Below, piece after piece: positions 50,800 through 60,949 of a stretch of DNA of 64,000 bases (position 1 is its first letter; each line of letters begins with the position of its first letter). The DNA is from Sulfolobales archaeon HS-7 (lineage in GTDB: Archaea; Thermoproteota; Thermoprotei_A; Sulfolobales; Sulfolobaceae), in assembly GCA_019704295.1 (NCBI GenBank), contig AP024596.1, positions 288,001 through 352,000 on the forward strand, given 5' to 3'. The position numbers and the translations under genes were made by a program. The notes beneath the pieces are model-generated. The model did not search any database, was not told the origin of the DNA, and saw only the letters and a list, made by a program, of their open reading frames with translations.

Positions 50800-51246
50800 A
50801 TGCCACTTCACAAAAGATACATGAGGAAAATCGAGGTTAAAGTTAATGAACTCATGTCTGCACCTCCCGTTACTGTAGCTCTGGATTCATCTTTAGAAGA
50901 CGCAGTAAGGAAAATGATAGAGGGAAACGTAGGAAGCGTAATGGTAACAGACTCGGATAGAAGACTTAGGGGAATTATTACGGAGAAGGATGTGCTTATC
51001 GCCGTATCAAAAGGACTTTTGAAGAAAGAGGAGACTAAGGTAACCGACATAATGTCGCGTAACGTAATAGCAGTAACTCCCGATGACGTGATATCGGAAG
51101 TAATCGAGAAGATGAGAGCACATAACATACGACACATACCGGTTACCGATTACGAAGGAAGACCAGTCGGGATGATATCGATAAGGGACATTTTAGATTT
51201 TACCACTTCATACCTTAAAGTCCTTTTGTTACCCGAGGAAATTTGA
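50800..51246 (+). CDS. CBS domain pair protein
   Basis: Two CBS repeats (VNELMS..GIITEKD; VTDIMS..GMISIRD). Confidence 0.92.
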   Translation: MPLHKRYMRKIEVKVNELMSAPPVTVALDSSLEDAVRKMIEGNVGSVMVTDSDRRLRGIITEKDVLIAVSKGLLKKEETKVTDIMSRNVIAVTPDDVISEVIEKMRAHNIRHIPVTDYEGRPVGMISIRDILDFTTSYLKVLLLPEEI

Positions 51247-51705
51247 ACTTACACGTCATTACTGTATTTTTCGTAACGTAAACGGTATTAAAGAAATCGT
51301 CATTAGGATAAGTTGTTAGTGAGGTGTACCAAACATGTCCTCCCTGTCAAGCTCTGAGTAACCCCACAAAGTCGGTTGGATGTTTTACTCCTGATACTGC
51401 TTCCCTAAGTTTCAGGAGGTTTTCACGACATTAAATGAGAAGGAATTGAAGGCCTCCAAATCCCGTCGTTCTAACAATCGGTAGCGATAGTTAACGTAAA
51501 GTCTAAGAACTTCTAAACCTTGAAATCTCGCATTTTTATAAAAAGGAACTATACGTCCCGCCAGATGAGTTCGCCATACCTTGAACTTCAATCTCATAAT
51601 CAGAGCCGAGTTTCTCCTCAGTTGTAAATCGAGGAAATAGCATAGCGCGTCTAGTTAACGTAGTGCCGGAAATTCTGTCTAATTATCCATAACTTAAAGT
51701 TACCG

Positions 51706-53520
51706 TTAAGATAAACCTAATTCCTTTAATTTATCTTCTGAAGGTATTCCGTTCTTCCATCCCCTATACGCGTAATATACTGGAAGCATATCATCCAGTT
51801 TACACGTCCCACCTTTGTGCTTTCCTTCTGGAACTGGAACTTCCGTAAATTTCCTTGGAAGATAATCCCTTTTCGATCCGAATTTAATGTTATATATTCT
51901 CTCAGCATTGAAGATCCTCTCGCCGATCTTAAGTAGCTCGTCCTCTGTAACTTCCCATCCAACAACTGCGTTAAGGGCGTCCACGTAATCTTTCATTTCA
52001 AATGCCATATAAGAGAAGGCGCAAACTTGCAACGAGTCTAAAACTGCAACAAGGTCTTGCTTGAATTTTACTGCCTTAGAAATTGTCCGAACATCGTAGT
52101 CGTCTGGTAAAAGTGATCTAATTCCATTGAGTCCCTTGAATGAGTAAATCAGATCGGGATAAACCCATATATGACACGACGAACCGGTGTTTTCCGTAGC
52201 GTTAAGTAAACCCCACGCCGGTTCTACTCGGGGATCGGTATTTTGCATTGTTATTCCCATTACAGATGTGTCCAGTTCCGGTACGTTTATTTCCGTGAGG
52301 AAAGCGGATATTCCCTCCCCTAATATCCAATATTTTCCCTCCCTATTCGCAACCTTTTGAATTATCTCTATCATTCTATCACTATCCCCCCAACGGAGTC
52401 CGTAGGATTCCTCTACGTAACCTTTCTCTGTTGCGTCTGCCAAAGCTGCTAGGATATTCCCTACTTCAATGGGATCCATACCCCATTCGTAGGATAGGTA
52501 GTTCATATAAGCCACTGCCTCCACGTCGTCTACGTAACAGTTAGAACCCAAAGAGCTTATTTGGGCGTAGTCCGGCCCTTCCACCCTAAACTTGTACTTT
52601 TTATAAGTTGCGGTATCCCTTCTACACTGGACAGAACACGCAGTACAAGTTAGCCTTCCAACTAGAATAGTTTGAGACATTGTCTTTCCGCTTAAGTTTA
52701 ACGCATTTTCCATTGAAGTATAGGTGTAGTTCTTTACTGGTAGTGCTTCGTTTAAGAAGAGAGGCTCTACGGCCAAAGGAGTTCCGTAGATTGAGAAACT
52801 CCCTGTCTCGCGGTTAAGAAGAGGGGAATTTCTAATTTTAGTGGTTAATCTTGTGAGAACGTCCTTGAATTTCCCCTTATCTGCCACTTCGACAGGAACG
52901 CTATAGTCCCCTAAAATAGCTACCGCCTTAACTTTCATCTTACCTAGGACGTAACCTGCACCATGTCTCACCCCACTAGACCTCCCTGCGTCATTAACAA
53001 CATTTGCAAATCTAACTAACCTCTCTCCAGCGGGGCCTATTGATATAACCCTGACGTCACCGTGCCTTTGCCTCAAATATGCTAAAGTCTCAGACGCGCA
53101 TTTCCCCCATATCGGCGATGCGTCCTCTACACTTATTTTGCCTTTTTTAATAAAGAGATATATTGGCTTAGGTGAAATTCCCTTTAGGATTATTCCATCA
53201 ACGCCAGTCTTCTTAAGTGAAGTTCCAGCATATCCACCTGTATTCGCGTAGGCTATAGTGTTAGTAAGAGGTGAATGAAATACGAAAGTCAGTCGATTGG
53301 CCAAGGGAATACCAGTTCCCGTAAGAGGTCCTACGAGCATACCGAAAAAAGGTTCATTACTCCTGTTTCGATAATCTGAGAGTAATTTGGTGCCAAGTCC
53401 CCTACCGCCAAGGAAATTGTAAACGTCATCTAAATTAAGGTCAACGAGATCAACCTCACCTGAATTCAAGTTAACTTCTGCTATCTTACCAGTAAATCCC
53501 CCTTTGAAGGCATTATTCAT
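51706..53520 (-). CDS. Aldehyde:ferredoxin oxidoreductase family (W/Mo-pterin)
   Basis: LGGRGLG, SPLT, IGPAGE, KVKAVA, CTACSVQC, GMDPI, GERIFNAER and YY.YRGW motifs. Confidence 0.92.
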   Translation of the reverse strand: MNNAFKGGFTGKIAEVNLNSGEVDLVDLNLDDVYNFLGGRGLGTKLLSDYRNRSNEPFFGMLVGPLTGTGIPLANRLTFVFHSPLTNTIAYANTGGYAGTSLKKTGVDGIILKGISPKPIYLFIKKGKISVEDASPIWGKCASETLAYLRQRHGDVRVISIGPAGERLVRFANVVNDAGRSSGVRHGAGYVLGKMKVKAVAILGDYSVPVEVADKGKFKDVLTRLTTKIRNSPLLNRETGSFSIYGTPLAVEPLFLNEALPVKNYTYTSMENALNLSGKTMSQTILVGRLTCTACSVQCRRDTATYKKYKFRVEGPDYAQISSLGSNCYVDDVEAVAYMNYLSYEWGMDPIEVGNILAALADATEKGYVEESYGLRWGDSDRMIEIIQKVANREGKYWILGEGISAFLTEINVPELDTSVMGITMQNTDPRVEPAWGLLNATENTGSSCHIWVYPDLIYSFKGLNGIRSLLPDDYDVRTISKAVKFKQDLVAVLDSLQVCAFSYMAFEMKDYVDALNAVVGWEVTEDELLKIGERIFNAERIYNIKFGSKRDYLPRKFTEVPVPEGKHKGGTCKLDDMLPVYYAYRGWKNGIPSEDKLKELGLS

Positions 53521-53740
53521 AAGTATTGAAATATAGTAAACTACATAATAAACGCAATAGTTGTTAGTTTGTCGCAGTTTCTTATAATTACAAAATGAGG
53601 CAGGGAAACCCTTTATTTGCCACAGACTTTATACTGTACCGCAATTTCACTGACAACAATGATACTCTAAATCACTGTAATTGCGTATCTTCAATTACCG
53701 AAAACGTCTGGACGTTACTAAAATTTTGGAAGTACCAAAA

Positions 53741-54184
53741 TTATAACAATGCTCCAAGATCCCTTAGAACGGCTATTTCAAAGGAACCTCTTAAATTCAG
53801 GTAAACTTTCTCCTCGGGAGTTAAACTTCTCCTAATTTGCTTTTCAGCGAACTCGTTTAGAGCTTCGAGTAAGTTTGATGCCCTTAGCTCAGGGTTTTTA
53901 CTTACGACAAACATCTGATAAGCGGAGTTTACTAAATAAAACATTTCCTCATCCAAGTCCAACACTACATCGTTGAGAACGGTAAGGAACTCATCACCTA
54001 CTTTTACCATTTTAACCCTAACGAACGGTCTCCACGTCAGAATGTTCTCCTTAACGAAGTTCCAGGAGGGAGGTTCTTCTTTTAACTCCCCGTATGAGGG
54101 GACCCTGGCCACTTTGTACTTCTTCCCTTCTAATTCAATTTCCCCCAATATCCCCAATTCAAGTTTGCCAACCTTCATTGTCAT
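53741..54184 (-). CDS. Hypothetical protein, last gene of the lut-like operon
   Basis: 147-aa ORF with ATGA overlap with the LutB-like gene. Confidence 0.7.
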   Translation of the reverse strand: MTMKVGKLELGILGEIELEGKKYKVARVPSYGELKEEPPSWNFVKENILTWRPFVRVKMVKVGDEFLTVLNDVVLDLDEEMFYLVNSAYQMFVVSKNPELRASNLLEALNEFAEKQIRRSLTPEEKVYLNLRGSFEIAVLRDLGALL

Positions 54185-55311
54185 CCCTTGAAGTAAAGTG
54201 ATTTTATGTATTCAATGACTTTAGGTATGTTGATCTTCATAGGACAGACGTTAGCACATGCTCCAGAGTGACAACACAGCAACGCCTGCTCCTTATTACC
54301 ATAAACTACATAGGACCACATGGCGCCCATAGGACCTGAGTAGGGTGGAACACCCCATCCCGATCCCATCGCCTTATACGTTGGGCAGTGGTAATGACAT
54401 CTCCCGCATCGTATGCAGAGTAGAGCTTCTTGGAGAATAGGGTCATGGGACGCCTTGACCCTTCCGTTGTCCAATAGTATGAGGTGAAACTCCTTTGGAC
54501 CGTGAGCTGGACTAACCCTTTTTAGCTCTATATCGGCAGTTGAACTAGGACCAGACGTTACATTAACATAAGTTGGAGGATACAGCCCAGCATATGCTGA
54601 CTGGACAAGTGACTCTAACATAGCGTATTCAAGGTTGGGCAATATCTTTTCAACTCCAGTAATCGATATGTGTATTGGAGGAACTACGCTACTCATCCTT
54701 ATATTTCCCTCATTCTCCACTAAAACTATTGTACCTGTATCCGCAGCTACCGCGTTAGCCCCCGTTATACCTACCTCAGCACTAAGGAACTTCTCCCTTA
54801 AGAAATTCCTTACGAACTTAACTATTTCCTCGTGAGACTCCCCTGGGTCCTCACCTAATCTCTCCTTGATAAGCTCCCTGACCTTTTCCTTAGTCATGTG
54901 AATTGCAGGTCCTATTATATGAGAGGGGGGTTCCTCTGCAAGTTGAATCAGGAATTCGCCCAGATCCGTTTCCCATACTTCCTTTCCCTTTTCCAGAAGG
55001 AATTCCCTTAATCCTGCTTCATATGCTACCATGGATTTGCCCAAGATAATTCTTTTTCTATCACCAATGATCTTTAGAACTATCTCCCTAGCCTCCTCAG
55101 GGGTTGCAACGTAGTATCCGTATCCTCCCGTCCTCTTTACGGATTTTAACGTTTCCTCGACATAGGCCTCTATATTTCCCAGAACCTTTAGTTTACCTTC
55201 CCTCACTTTCCTGGCCATGTCCTCTATGTATTTGTGGGCTTCAAGTACGGAGTAAACCCTCGGAACGTTGTTCTGAATAGCTCTGTTTACTGCAATTTCC
55301 CAGTTACTCAA
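54181..55311 (-). CDS. lutB: LutB/LldF-like LUD-domain Fe-S protein
   Basis: [41 protein letters not shown] and [10 protein letters not shown] motifs. Confidence 0.85.
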   Translation of the reverse strand: MSNWEIAVNRAIQNNVPRVYSVLEAHKYIEDMARKVREGKLKVLGNIEAYVEETLKSVKRTGGYGYYVATPEEAREIVLKIIGDRKRIILGKSMVAYEAGLREFLLEKGKEVWETDLGEFLIQLAEEPPSHIIGPAIHMTKEKVRELIKERLGEDPGESHEEIVKFVRNFLREKFLSAEVGITGANAVAADTGTIVLVENEGNIRMSSVVPPIHISITGVEKILPNLEYAMLESLVQSAYAGLYPPTYVNVTSGPSSTADIELKRVSPAHGPKEFHLILLDNGRVKASHDPILQEALLCIRCGRCHYHCPTYKAMGSGWGVPPYSGPMGAMWSYVVYGNKEQALLCCHSGACANVCPMKINIPKVIEYIKSLYFKG

Positions 55312-56188
55312 CGTTGACCACCTCCATGAAGTCCTTAACTTGAACGTGTGCCTTTAGATTTTCATAACAAAACGGACAGAAGACGAGCACATTAGGAGAC
55401 AGCTTCTTAAGACTTTCTGCTCGCATTTTGGCTATCGAATCGCTCACTTTATAGTTAACGGGGGCTATAGGCGAGCCGCAACACATTGAAGTATCCCTCC
55501 CCGTAATCATGGGATCCTCGATCAGATTGATTCCAGAAGATCTCACGATATTCCTTATCGCGTCTCTTAATCCCAAAAACCTAGAGTATAAACAAGAATC
55601 GTGTATGGTAAAAACCCCCGAAGCCTTAAATCCTCCTACCATTTCATAAAAACTCCTTATCTCAATGGCCGTATTATTCATCTCCTTCCCTCTTAAAAGT
55701 GCGTATTGTGTATGGGGATCCACTGTAATAACCCTTTTTACGTTGTACTTCTCAAAAATTGAAAACACTTTCTTAGATACCTCTTTGAACTCATCAATTA
55801 GCCCCATTTCAAGGAGTATGGCTCCGCTATACGGTTCGTCCTCATAAAGATATCCGAATTCTACTCCCGTCTTTCTTAGGATCGTTGCCATTTTCCTTAA
55901 TATTTGCCACGAACGTTCAACTTGGTCTTTTGAGGGAGTAATCACTTTAGATGCGAGACCCTTGAGTTTTTCTATCCCCTTTATCTTCGTTATAAGGGGT
56001 ATCAGCCTATCGTAACTGTGTCCTAGGAGAGCTAATTGATAAGCACAGCCAGTATATAGGATAGTTTCCCCTCCTCTCGGTATATCCTGAGCCCATCCAT
56101 AACATAGTTTTTTATCAACTGGAAATGGCATCAGGGATGTTGACATCTCATCGCTAACCAGTTTCATTGTATGTTTAACGGTATTCAT
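55304..56188 (-). CDS. CCG-domain Fe-S oxidoreductase subunit (LutA-like)
   Basis: YTGC, HDSC, MCCGSP and FCPFC motifs; overlaps the lutB start. Confidence 0.8.
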   Translation of the reverse strand: MNTVKHTMKLVSDEMSTSLMPFPVDKKLCYGWAQDIPRGGETILYTGCAYQLALLGHSYDRLIPLITKIKGIEKLKGLASKVITPSKDQVERSWQILRKMATILRKTGVEFGYLYEDEPYSGAILLEMGLIDEFKEVSKKVFSIFEKYNVKRVITVDPHTQYALLRGKEMNNTAIEIRSFYEMVGGFKASGVFTIHDSCLYSRFLGLRDAIRNIVRSSGINLIEDPMITGRDTSMCCGSPIAPVNYKVSDSIAKMRAESLKKLSPNVLVFCPFCYENLKAHVQVKDFMEVVNVE

Positions 56189-56254
56189 ATATTCTATTTG
56201 ACGCTTACATTTTAAAAGGGTAAATTAATAGGATTGAATCCTATCCGAAGAAGT

Positions 56255-56805
56255 TTATGAGGGATTTCCTTCATCCTCCAGGGGTTCTTTAATCCGCTAA
56301 AACGTCGGTCAAGTAAACTTACCCTCCCCTAACTGGGCTTATTACCTTCGACGGGGAAAACACTTAAGACTAGAGATCAGGATAGCGAGTCCATAGGGGT
56401 TTGCTCTAAAGAGGTCCAAATTGCCTAATATTAGGGACTTCAAGGGGGAGATTCTCATGTAGTGATCTATTCGATAAGTTGTAGTGAAATTCCTAACGTT
56501 TCTTTGAAGTCTACTTTTTCCCCCACGGAAGAATTCTTGCCTCTTGTAATTCAGCTCGTTGAATAACTTATCAGAAACGTGTGCTAGTCTCAGCAATTTC
56601 CTCTGTTATCAACCGTTTGGTAGAAGACGGACTACATTAGTACTCCTACTCTCGAACTCAACTCTGTATACACCCTTTGGTATTGTGGGTGTAGGAGTCA
56701 GCTCACGCTCCTCAATAAGTTGCCCAGGACGACGTGCCATGGGAAGTCGAGTTAAGTTAGTTAAAAGACTTTACCCTGCCTTAAAAAGGCGAGGCTTGTC
56801 GTTCG
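56255..56805 (-). mobile_element. Internally deleted IS605-type tnpB element with left-end hairpin
   Basis: ATG at 56740: MARRPGQLIEE..TNVVRLLPNG*QRKLLRLA..KLFNELNYKRQEFF, a TnpB N-terminus with stops; hairpin GCCTT-AAA-AAGGC at 56778-56790. Confidence 0.7.
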
Positions 56806-56924
56806 TGTATGACCCCCAATGATACTTATTTAAGTATAAAGCCGTTGTCAACAGTTTTAGATAAACCGTGAAGTTTATATAGTTTATATATAAAATATAT
56901 TTTATAAATATTGTTATTAGATGT

Positions 56925-57110
56925 CGATGACCTTTACCGAAAGGTGACAGGACACAAAATGTGCGGGTTTCCCCACATCCATGAGCAGGTGGGGGTTGGG
57001 ATTATCCTGCTAATGGGACGGAGAAGGATGAACCGGGCAACGCCCCGTGACCTCGGTGAAGTTCAAGGGCTGAGGATTGAGATGAAATACTATGAAATCC
57101 TGAAGTCCAA
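56925..57110 (+). mobile_element. tnpB 3' remnant / omega-RNA region
   Basis: MCGFPH..EQVGVGIILLMG..PRDLGEVQGLRI..KYYEI resembles the C-terminal tail of Sulfolobales TnpB. Confidence 0.6.
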
Positions 57111-57159
57111 ATCGCGCTCCGCGTCAGTTGATCCTGCGAGAAATACGACTTGGGTATCC

Positions 57160-58173
57160 TTAATCTTGACTCTTTTCGGGTCTTCTCCTTTTTTCTATAA
57201 CGTAACCTGCGAGCATTCTTATTCCATATTCTTTTGCCCTCTCTACTGCCTCATCTACTGCTGACACCGCTAAAAATAGCCTAATGGGGTTCTCGAATCC
57301 ATACACCTTAGATACTACGTTTGTCTTGATGTTAAACCAGTCCACGTCGTCACCCTCTGCAAACGATTTAACCTCTATAAGATATACTTTGCCGTTCTTC
57401 GCTAGTATGTCTATCTCGTATATCGTTCCCTTAGCTCCAAACTGTCCAGTAGCGTCCTTATACGTAAGTCTGTTAACGTAAGTGAGATCTATTCCCTCTT
57501 CCTCAACTAATTCCTTAAAGAAAAGTCGCATTACTTCCTCGTAGTCTTCTCCCCATCTCTCACCCATCGAATCCATTCTCTTTTTGATTCCATTAACGTC
57601 CTTCTGCACACCGTATATCGCCTCAGCCAACTTAGCTATCTGCTGTTCGGCCTTATTTTGAGCCTCGGCAAGTCCGGCAACTGTATCCTCTAACCTAGTT
57701 AACCTCTCCTCTGTTTTCTTTTGAGCCTCGGCCAACTCGTTGAGTTTCTCCTCTGTTTTCTTTTGAGCCTCGGCAAGTCCGGCAACTGTATCCTCTAACC
57801 TAGTTAACCTCTCCTCTGTTTTCTTTTGAGCCTCGGCAAGTCCGGCAACTGTATCCTCTAACCTAGTTAACCTCTCCTCTGTTTTCTTTTGAGCCTCGGC
57901 AAGTCCGGCAACTGTATCCTCTAACCTAGTTAACCTCTCCTCTGTTTTCTTTTGAGCCTCGGCCAACTGTCCTACTGTCCTTACCACTCCCTCTAGCAGT
58001 AACTTGGTTTCAGTATTTACCCTGATCTGTTCATCTAAGCTTCTCCTTATGTTACTAAGCTCTACCCCCCACTCTATCTCCTTTATCCCTATCGCGTCCC
58101 TAAACTCCTTTCTGAATTCAGGGTCCTCCTTTAGGAGTTTTATTAGGATGTTTTTAATTTCATTAGACGTCAA
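57160..58173 (-). CDS. Coiled-coil heptad-repeat protein with C-terminal PD-(D/E)XK nuclease (DUF3782/paREP-like)
   Basis: LLKEDPEFR N-terminus, LAEAQKKTEE repeats, GERWG...E, EIDILA...LIEVKS. Confidence 0.85.
   Translation of the reverse strand: MTSNEIKNILIKLLKEDPEFRKEFRDAIGIKEIEWGVELSNIRRSLDEQIRVNTETKLLLEGVVRTVGQLAEAQKKTEERLTRLEDTVAGLAEAQKKTEERLTRLEDTVAGLAEAQKKTEERLTRLEDTVAGLAEAQKKTEEKLNELAEAQKKTEERLTRLEDTVAGLAEAQNKAEQQIAKLAEAIYGVQKDVNGIKKRMDSMGERWGEDYEEVMRLFFKELVEEEGIDLTYVNRLTYKDATGQFGAKGTIYEIDILAKNGKVYLIEVKSFAEGDDVDWFNIKTNVVSKVYGFENPIRLFLAVSAVDEAVERAKEYGIRMLAGYVIEKRRRPEKSQD
57658..57967. repeat. Intragenic tandem repeat, 63-bp unit
   Basis: Four identical 63-bp units (starting 57658, 57763, 57826, 57889) and one 42-bp variant (57721-57762). 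Confidence 0.95.
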
Positions 58174-58444
58174 TTATCTTCTGATATAACTCTTTCGTGA
58201 ACCAGCATATAAGAATTGCCAAAAATAAATTTAGAAACCTTTTGGGAATTTTCCAAACTTGCATGGTTAAATTTAACACTGGTCGTTCTTAACGGTCTAT
58301 CAAAAATTTAGTAATAAATTGGCTTGATAACATATCAAAACATTATGAATTCTGATCCCAATGTGAAACCGGAAAAAATCGTGTTAAGCGTACGTTTCGT
58401 GTTCTTACAAAAGATATATCGAAAACCTTTTATTCTATCTTAGT

Positions 58445-59893
58445 GTGCGTGACTATATGAGTTCTAATAACACAGCAATGAAGACATTATTGATCCTTTC
58501 GCTGATGCTAATCCTGATCAATTACGTGGAAACGATGGTTGTTCCAGCATTGCCGAAAATACAGCAGGATTTCGCTACCACAGCCACTACAGTGGGTTGG
58601 GTCACCTCAGCGTATTTAATAGTGGGAGCTATCGCGTCACCAATTTTCGGAAAATTAGCTGACAGGTATGGCAAAAAGAAAATGTATGTGACCGCGGTTA
58701 TGTTTTACATAATAGCAGTGGGATTGGCCGGTATTTCCCCATCGATAGGCTTCCTCATCGGAGCGAGAGCAATTCAGGGTCTTGGGTACGCTGTTTTCCC
58801 CATAGCTATAGCAATTATTACCGACGTTTTTCCGAAGGAGAGAGTAGCCTTCGCGCAGGGTATACTTAGCGGAACGTTAGCAATAGGACCTGCCTTAGGG
58901 TTACTGATAGGTTCCTATGTCGTCCAGGATCTGGGATGGCCTTATGCCTTTCACACAGCCTTCATACTCTCTTTAATAATATTTGTAATTTCCCTAAAGT
59001 ATTTAGAGGAAACTAACGTAAGGACGATGGAGAGAGTAGATTATCAGGGAGCTTTATTAATAGGTATAAGCATGGCATCTGTTCTCATTTACCTAACTGA
59101 TGGTCCTAGCTATGGCTGGGTTACTCTTCAGCAGTTAAGCTTGCTTGTAATATTTGCTATAACGCTTGCTATATTCATAAGGCTAGAACAGAGGAAAGTA
59201 GAGCCTCTCATGAAATTAAGTCTATTCAAAATAAGGAATGTAATGGTTGCTAACGTAGCTGGGATAATCTCAGGAATATCGATGTTCCTTATGTTCATAG
59301 CCATAACATATTACTCCCAGCTACCCAGACCCTTTGGACTAGGACTTTCAATAATTCAAGCGGGTTTACTTATGAGCCCAGTTGCAATAGTTATGGCAGT
59401 CATAGGACCTTTTGTTGGAAGAATGGTCAGTAAAATTGGACCTAAGTTGCCTCTGATCGTGGGTTCTGGTATAGGAATGATAGGGTTTTCGACCTTCATA
59501 TTTAACAGATCCACGCCAACTGCAATAGTGGAGGATACAATACTTTCTGCGGCTGGACTTATCTTCATTATAGTTCCTTTGGTTAACATGATCGCCGTTT
59601 CACTTCCTCCTGAGTCGAGGGGTGTAGGTATAGGAATGAACACGTTAATAAGGACATTGGGAAGTTCGATAGGACCCGTCATAAGTACGACGCTTATGGA
59701 TACGTTTCAAACGAGTTATGTAATGCTTTTTAATAACCAGATAATTCCGGTGGGCGACTTTCCATCTTCAACAGCGTTTGACATAATATTCGCGATCGGA
59801 ACTTTTTCTATGCTATTAACGCTCATTATTTCTCTTTGGACCAAGAACTATAGAGCTGAGGTGAAAGGGGAAACGGTTGCGATAGGCGGATAA
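58445..59893 (+). CDS. MFS transporter (DHA2/EmrB-like, about 14 TM)
   Basis: GKLADRYGKK motif A, RAIQGLG and GPALGLLIG; many hydrophobic helices. Confidence 0.92.
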   Translation: MRDYMSSNNTAMKTLLILSLMLILINYVETMVVPALPKIQQDFATTATTVGWVTSAYLIVGAIASPIFGKLADRYGKKKMYVTAVMFYIIAVGLAGISPSIGFLIGARAIQGLGYAVFPIAIAIITDVFPKERVAFAQGILSGTLAIGPALGLLIGSYVVQDLGWPYAFHTAFILSLIIFVISLKYLEETNVRTMERVDYQGALLIGISMASVLIYLTDGPSYGWVTLQQLSLLVIFAITLAIFIRLEQRKVEPLMKLSLFKIRNVMVANVAGIISGISMFLMFIAITYYSQLPRPFGLGLSIIQAGLLMSPVAIVMAVIGPFVGRMVSKIGPKLPLIVGSGIGMIGFSTFIFNRSTPTAIVEDTILSAAGLIFIIVPLVNMIAVSLPPESRGVGIGMNTLIRTLGSSIGPVISTTLMDTFQTSYVMLFNNQIIPVGDFPSSTAFDIIFAIGTFSMLLTLIISLWTKNYRAEVKGETVAIGG

Positions 59894-59967
59894 TTCCATT
59901 TTCAAGACAATACTTCCCTGAGGTGTAGCAAAAGGGTCTAACTGAGCGGATTATTGAACTTAGATGG

Positions 59968-60897
59968 TTAGTTTTCCCTTTTCAAGACATCGGCGATTAT
60001 CTTAACACCTTTCTCGACGTAGGAGGTGTCCTTTATGCCCAGGGAAATTCTAAAGCCATCATTTAATCCAAAAACAGTGCCAGGTAGAACCAATACTCCC
60101 CTTTCCTTAAGCTTGTACGGTACATCAGAGTCGGCCATAACATAGGCGTAAGGTAGGTGTTCCGTGTGAATAAGGTTAATTCCGTATTTTCTCATAATCC
60201 TTTCATTATTCTCGACTATTTCAAATGCCCTCCTCTTGACTTTCTCAATATTCGTGAAGAAGGTTGAGGCTATCACCTCAACGAACCCTATAGGAGGGGG
60301 AGCTATTAGTTCCTGGACTTTCTCGATTCTCTTAATTATCTCGGGTTCAGCTATAACCCATCCGGCCTTTCTGTCCTTAAAGTTACATATCTTGGTAGTT
60401 GAGCCGATTCGGATTACGTTTTTCAATGGGAACGGCTTATATTCTCCAACGAAGGGAGCAAACGTCTCGTCAACTACTACAAAGCAGTTTAGTTTCGAGC
60501 AATTTTCAGAGAGTTCCTCTAAACTTTCAACAGAATACCCAAGAGGGTTATTAGGGGAACTAAGAGCAATGTTATAACTCAGGTTCTCTGGGTTATCCCC
60601 TTTCCCCCTTATTATATTTGCTCCAACAAGTTCGAGCTGGGCTACTATGGGATCGTATTCAGGAACTGGGACAAAAACCTTACTGCCCTTATCGAAAACT
60701 GCCAGAAAAGATAGGAATAACCCCTCCTGCGCACCGTGAGTTACGACGATTTCGTCTCCTTCTATTTTTAAAAACTCGTAAAGGGGAGTCTTCACTTCTT
60801 CTAACTCCTGGTAGTCCATGGGTTCAATCCCGCTACCTCCTAAGTTTATATCGCAATTGTTTTTCAACCACTCAAAATGAGGAATGTCCCTGATCAT
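59968..60897 (-). CDS. PLP-dependent aminotransferase class I/II
   Basis: THGAQE, SPNNPLG, VDETF, GSTTK and FRISLG motifs. Confidence 0.88.
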   Translation of the reverse strand: MIRDIPHFEWLKNNCDINLGGSGIEPMDYQELEEVKTPLYEFLKIEGDEIVVTHGAQEGLFLSFLAVFDKGSKVFVPVPEYDPIVAQLELVGANIIRGKGDNPENLSYNIALSSPNNPLGYSVESLEELSENCSKLNCFVVVDETFAPFVGEYKPFPLKNVIRIGSTTKICNFKDRKAGWVIAEPEIIKRIEKVQELIAPPPIGFVEVIASTFFTNIEKVKRRAFEIVENNERIMRKYGINLIHTEHLPYAYVMADSDVPYKLKERGVLVLPGTVFGLNDGFRISLGIKDTSYVEKGVKIIADVLKREN

Positions 60898-60949
60898 GTT
60901 TCTATCTATGCTAACTCTAGTTTAAAGGTTTAAATGAGGGAGGTACTAT

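Noticed and set aside
51250-51700. 61-aa ORF downstream of the AOR gene (possible MoaD or ferredoxin)
   Set aside because: No C-terminal GG and no Cys motifs; unsupported
57658-57967. Possible CRISPR array
   Set aside because: The units are contiguous, in-frame coding repeats with no unique spacers
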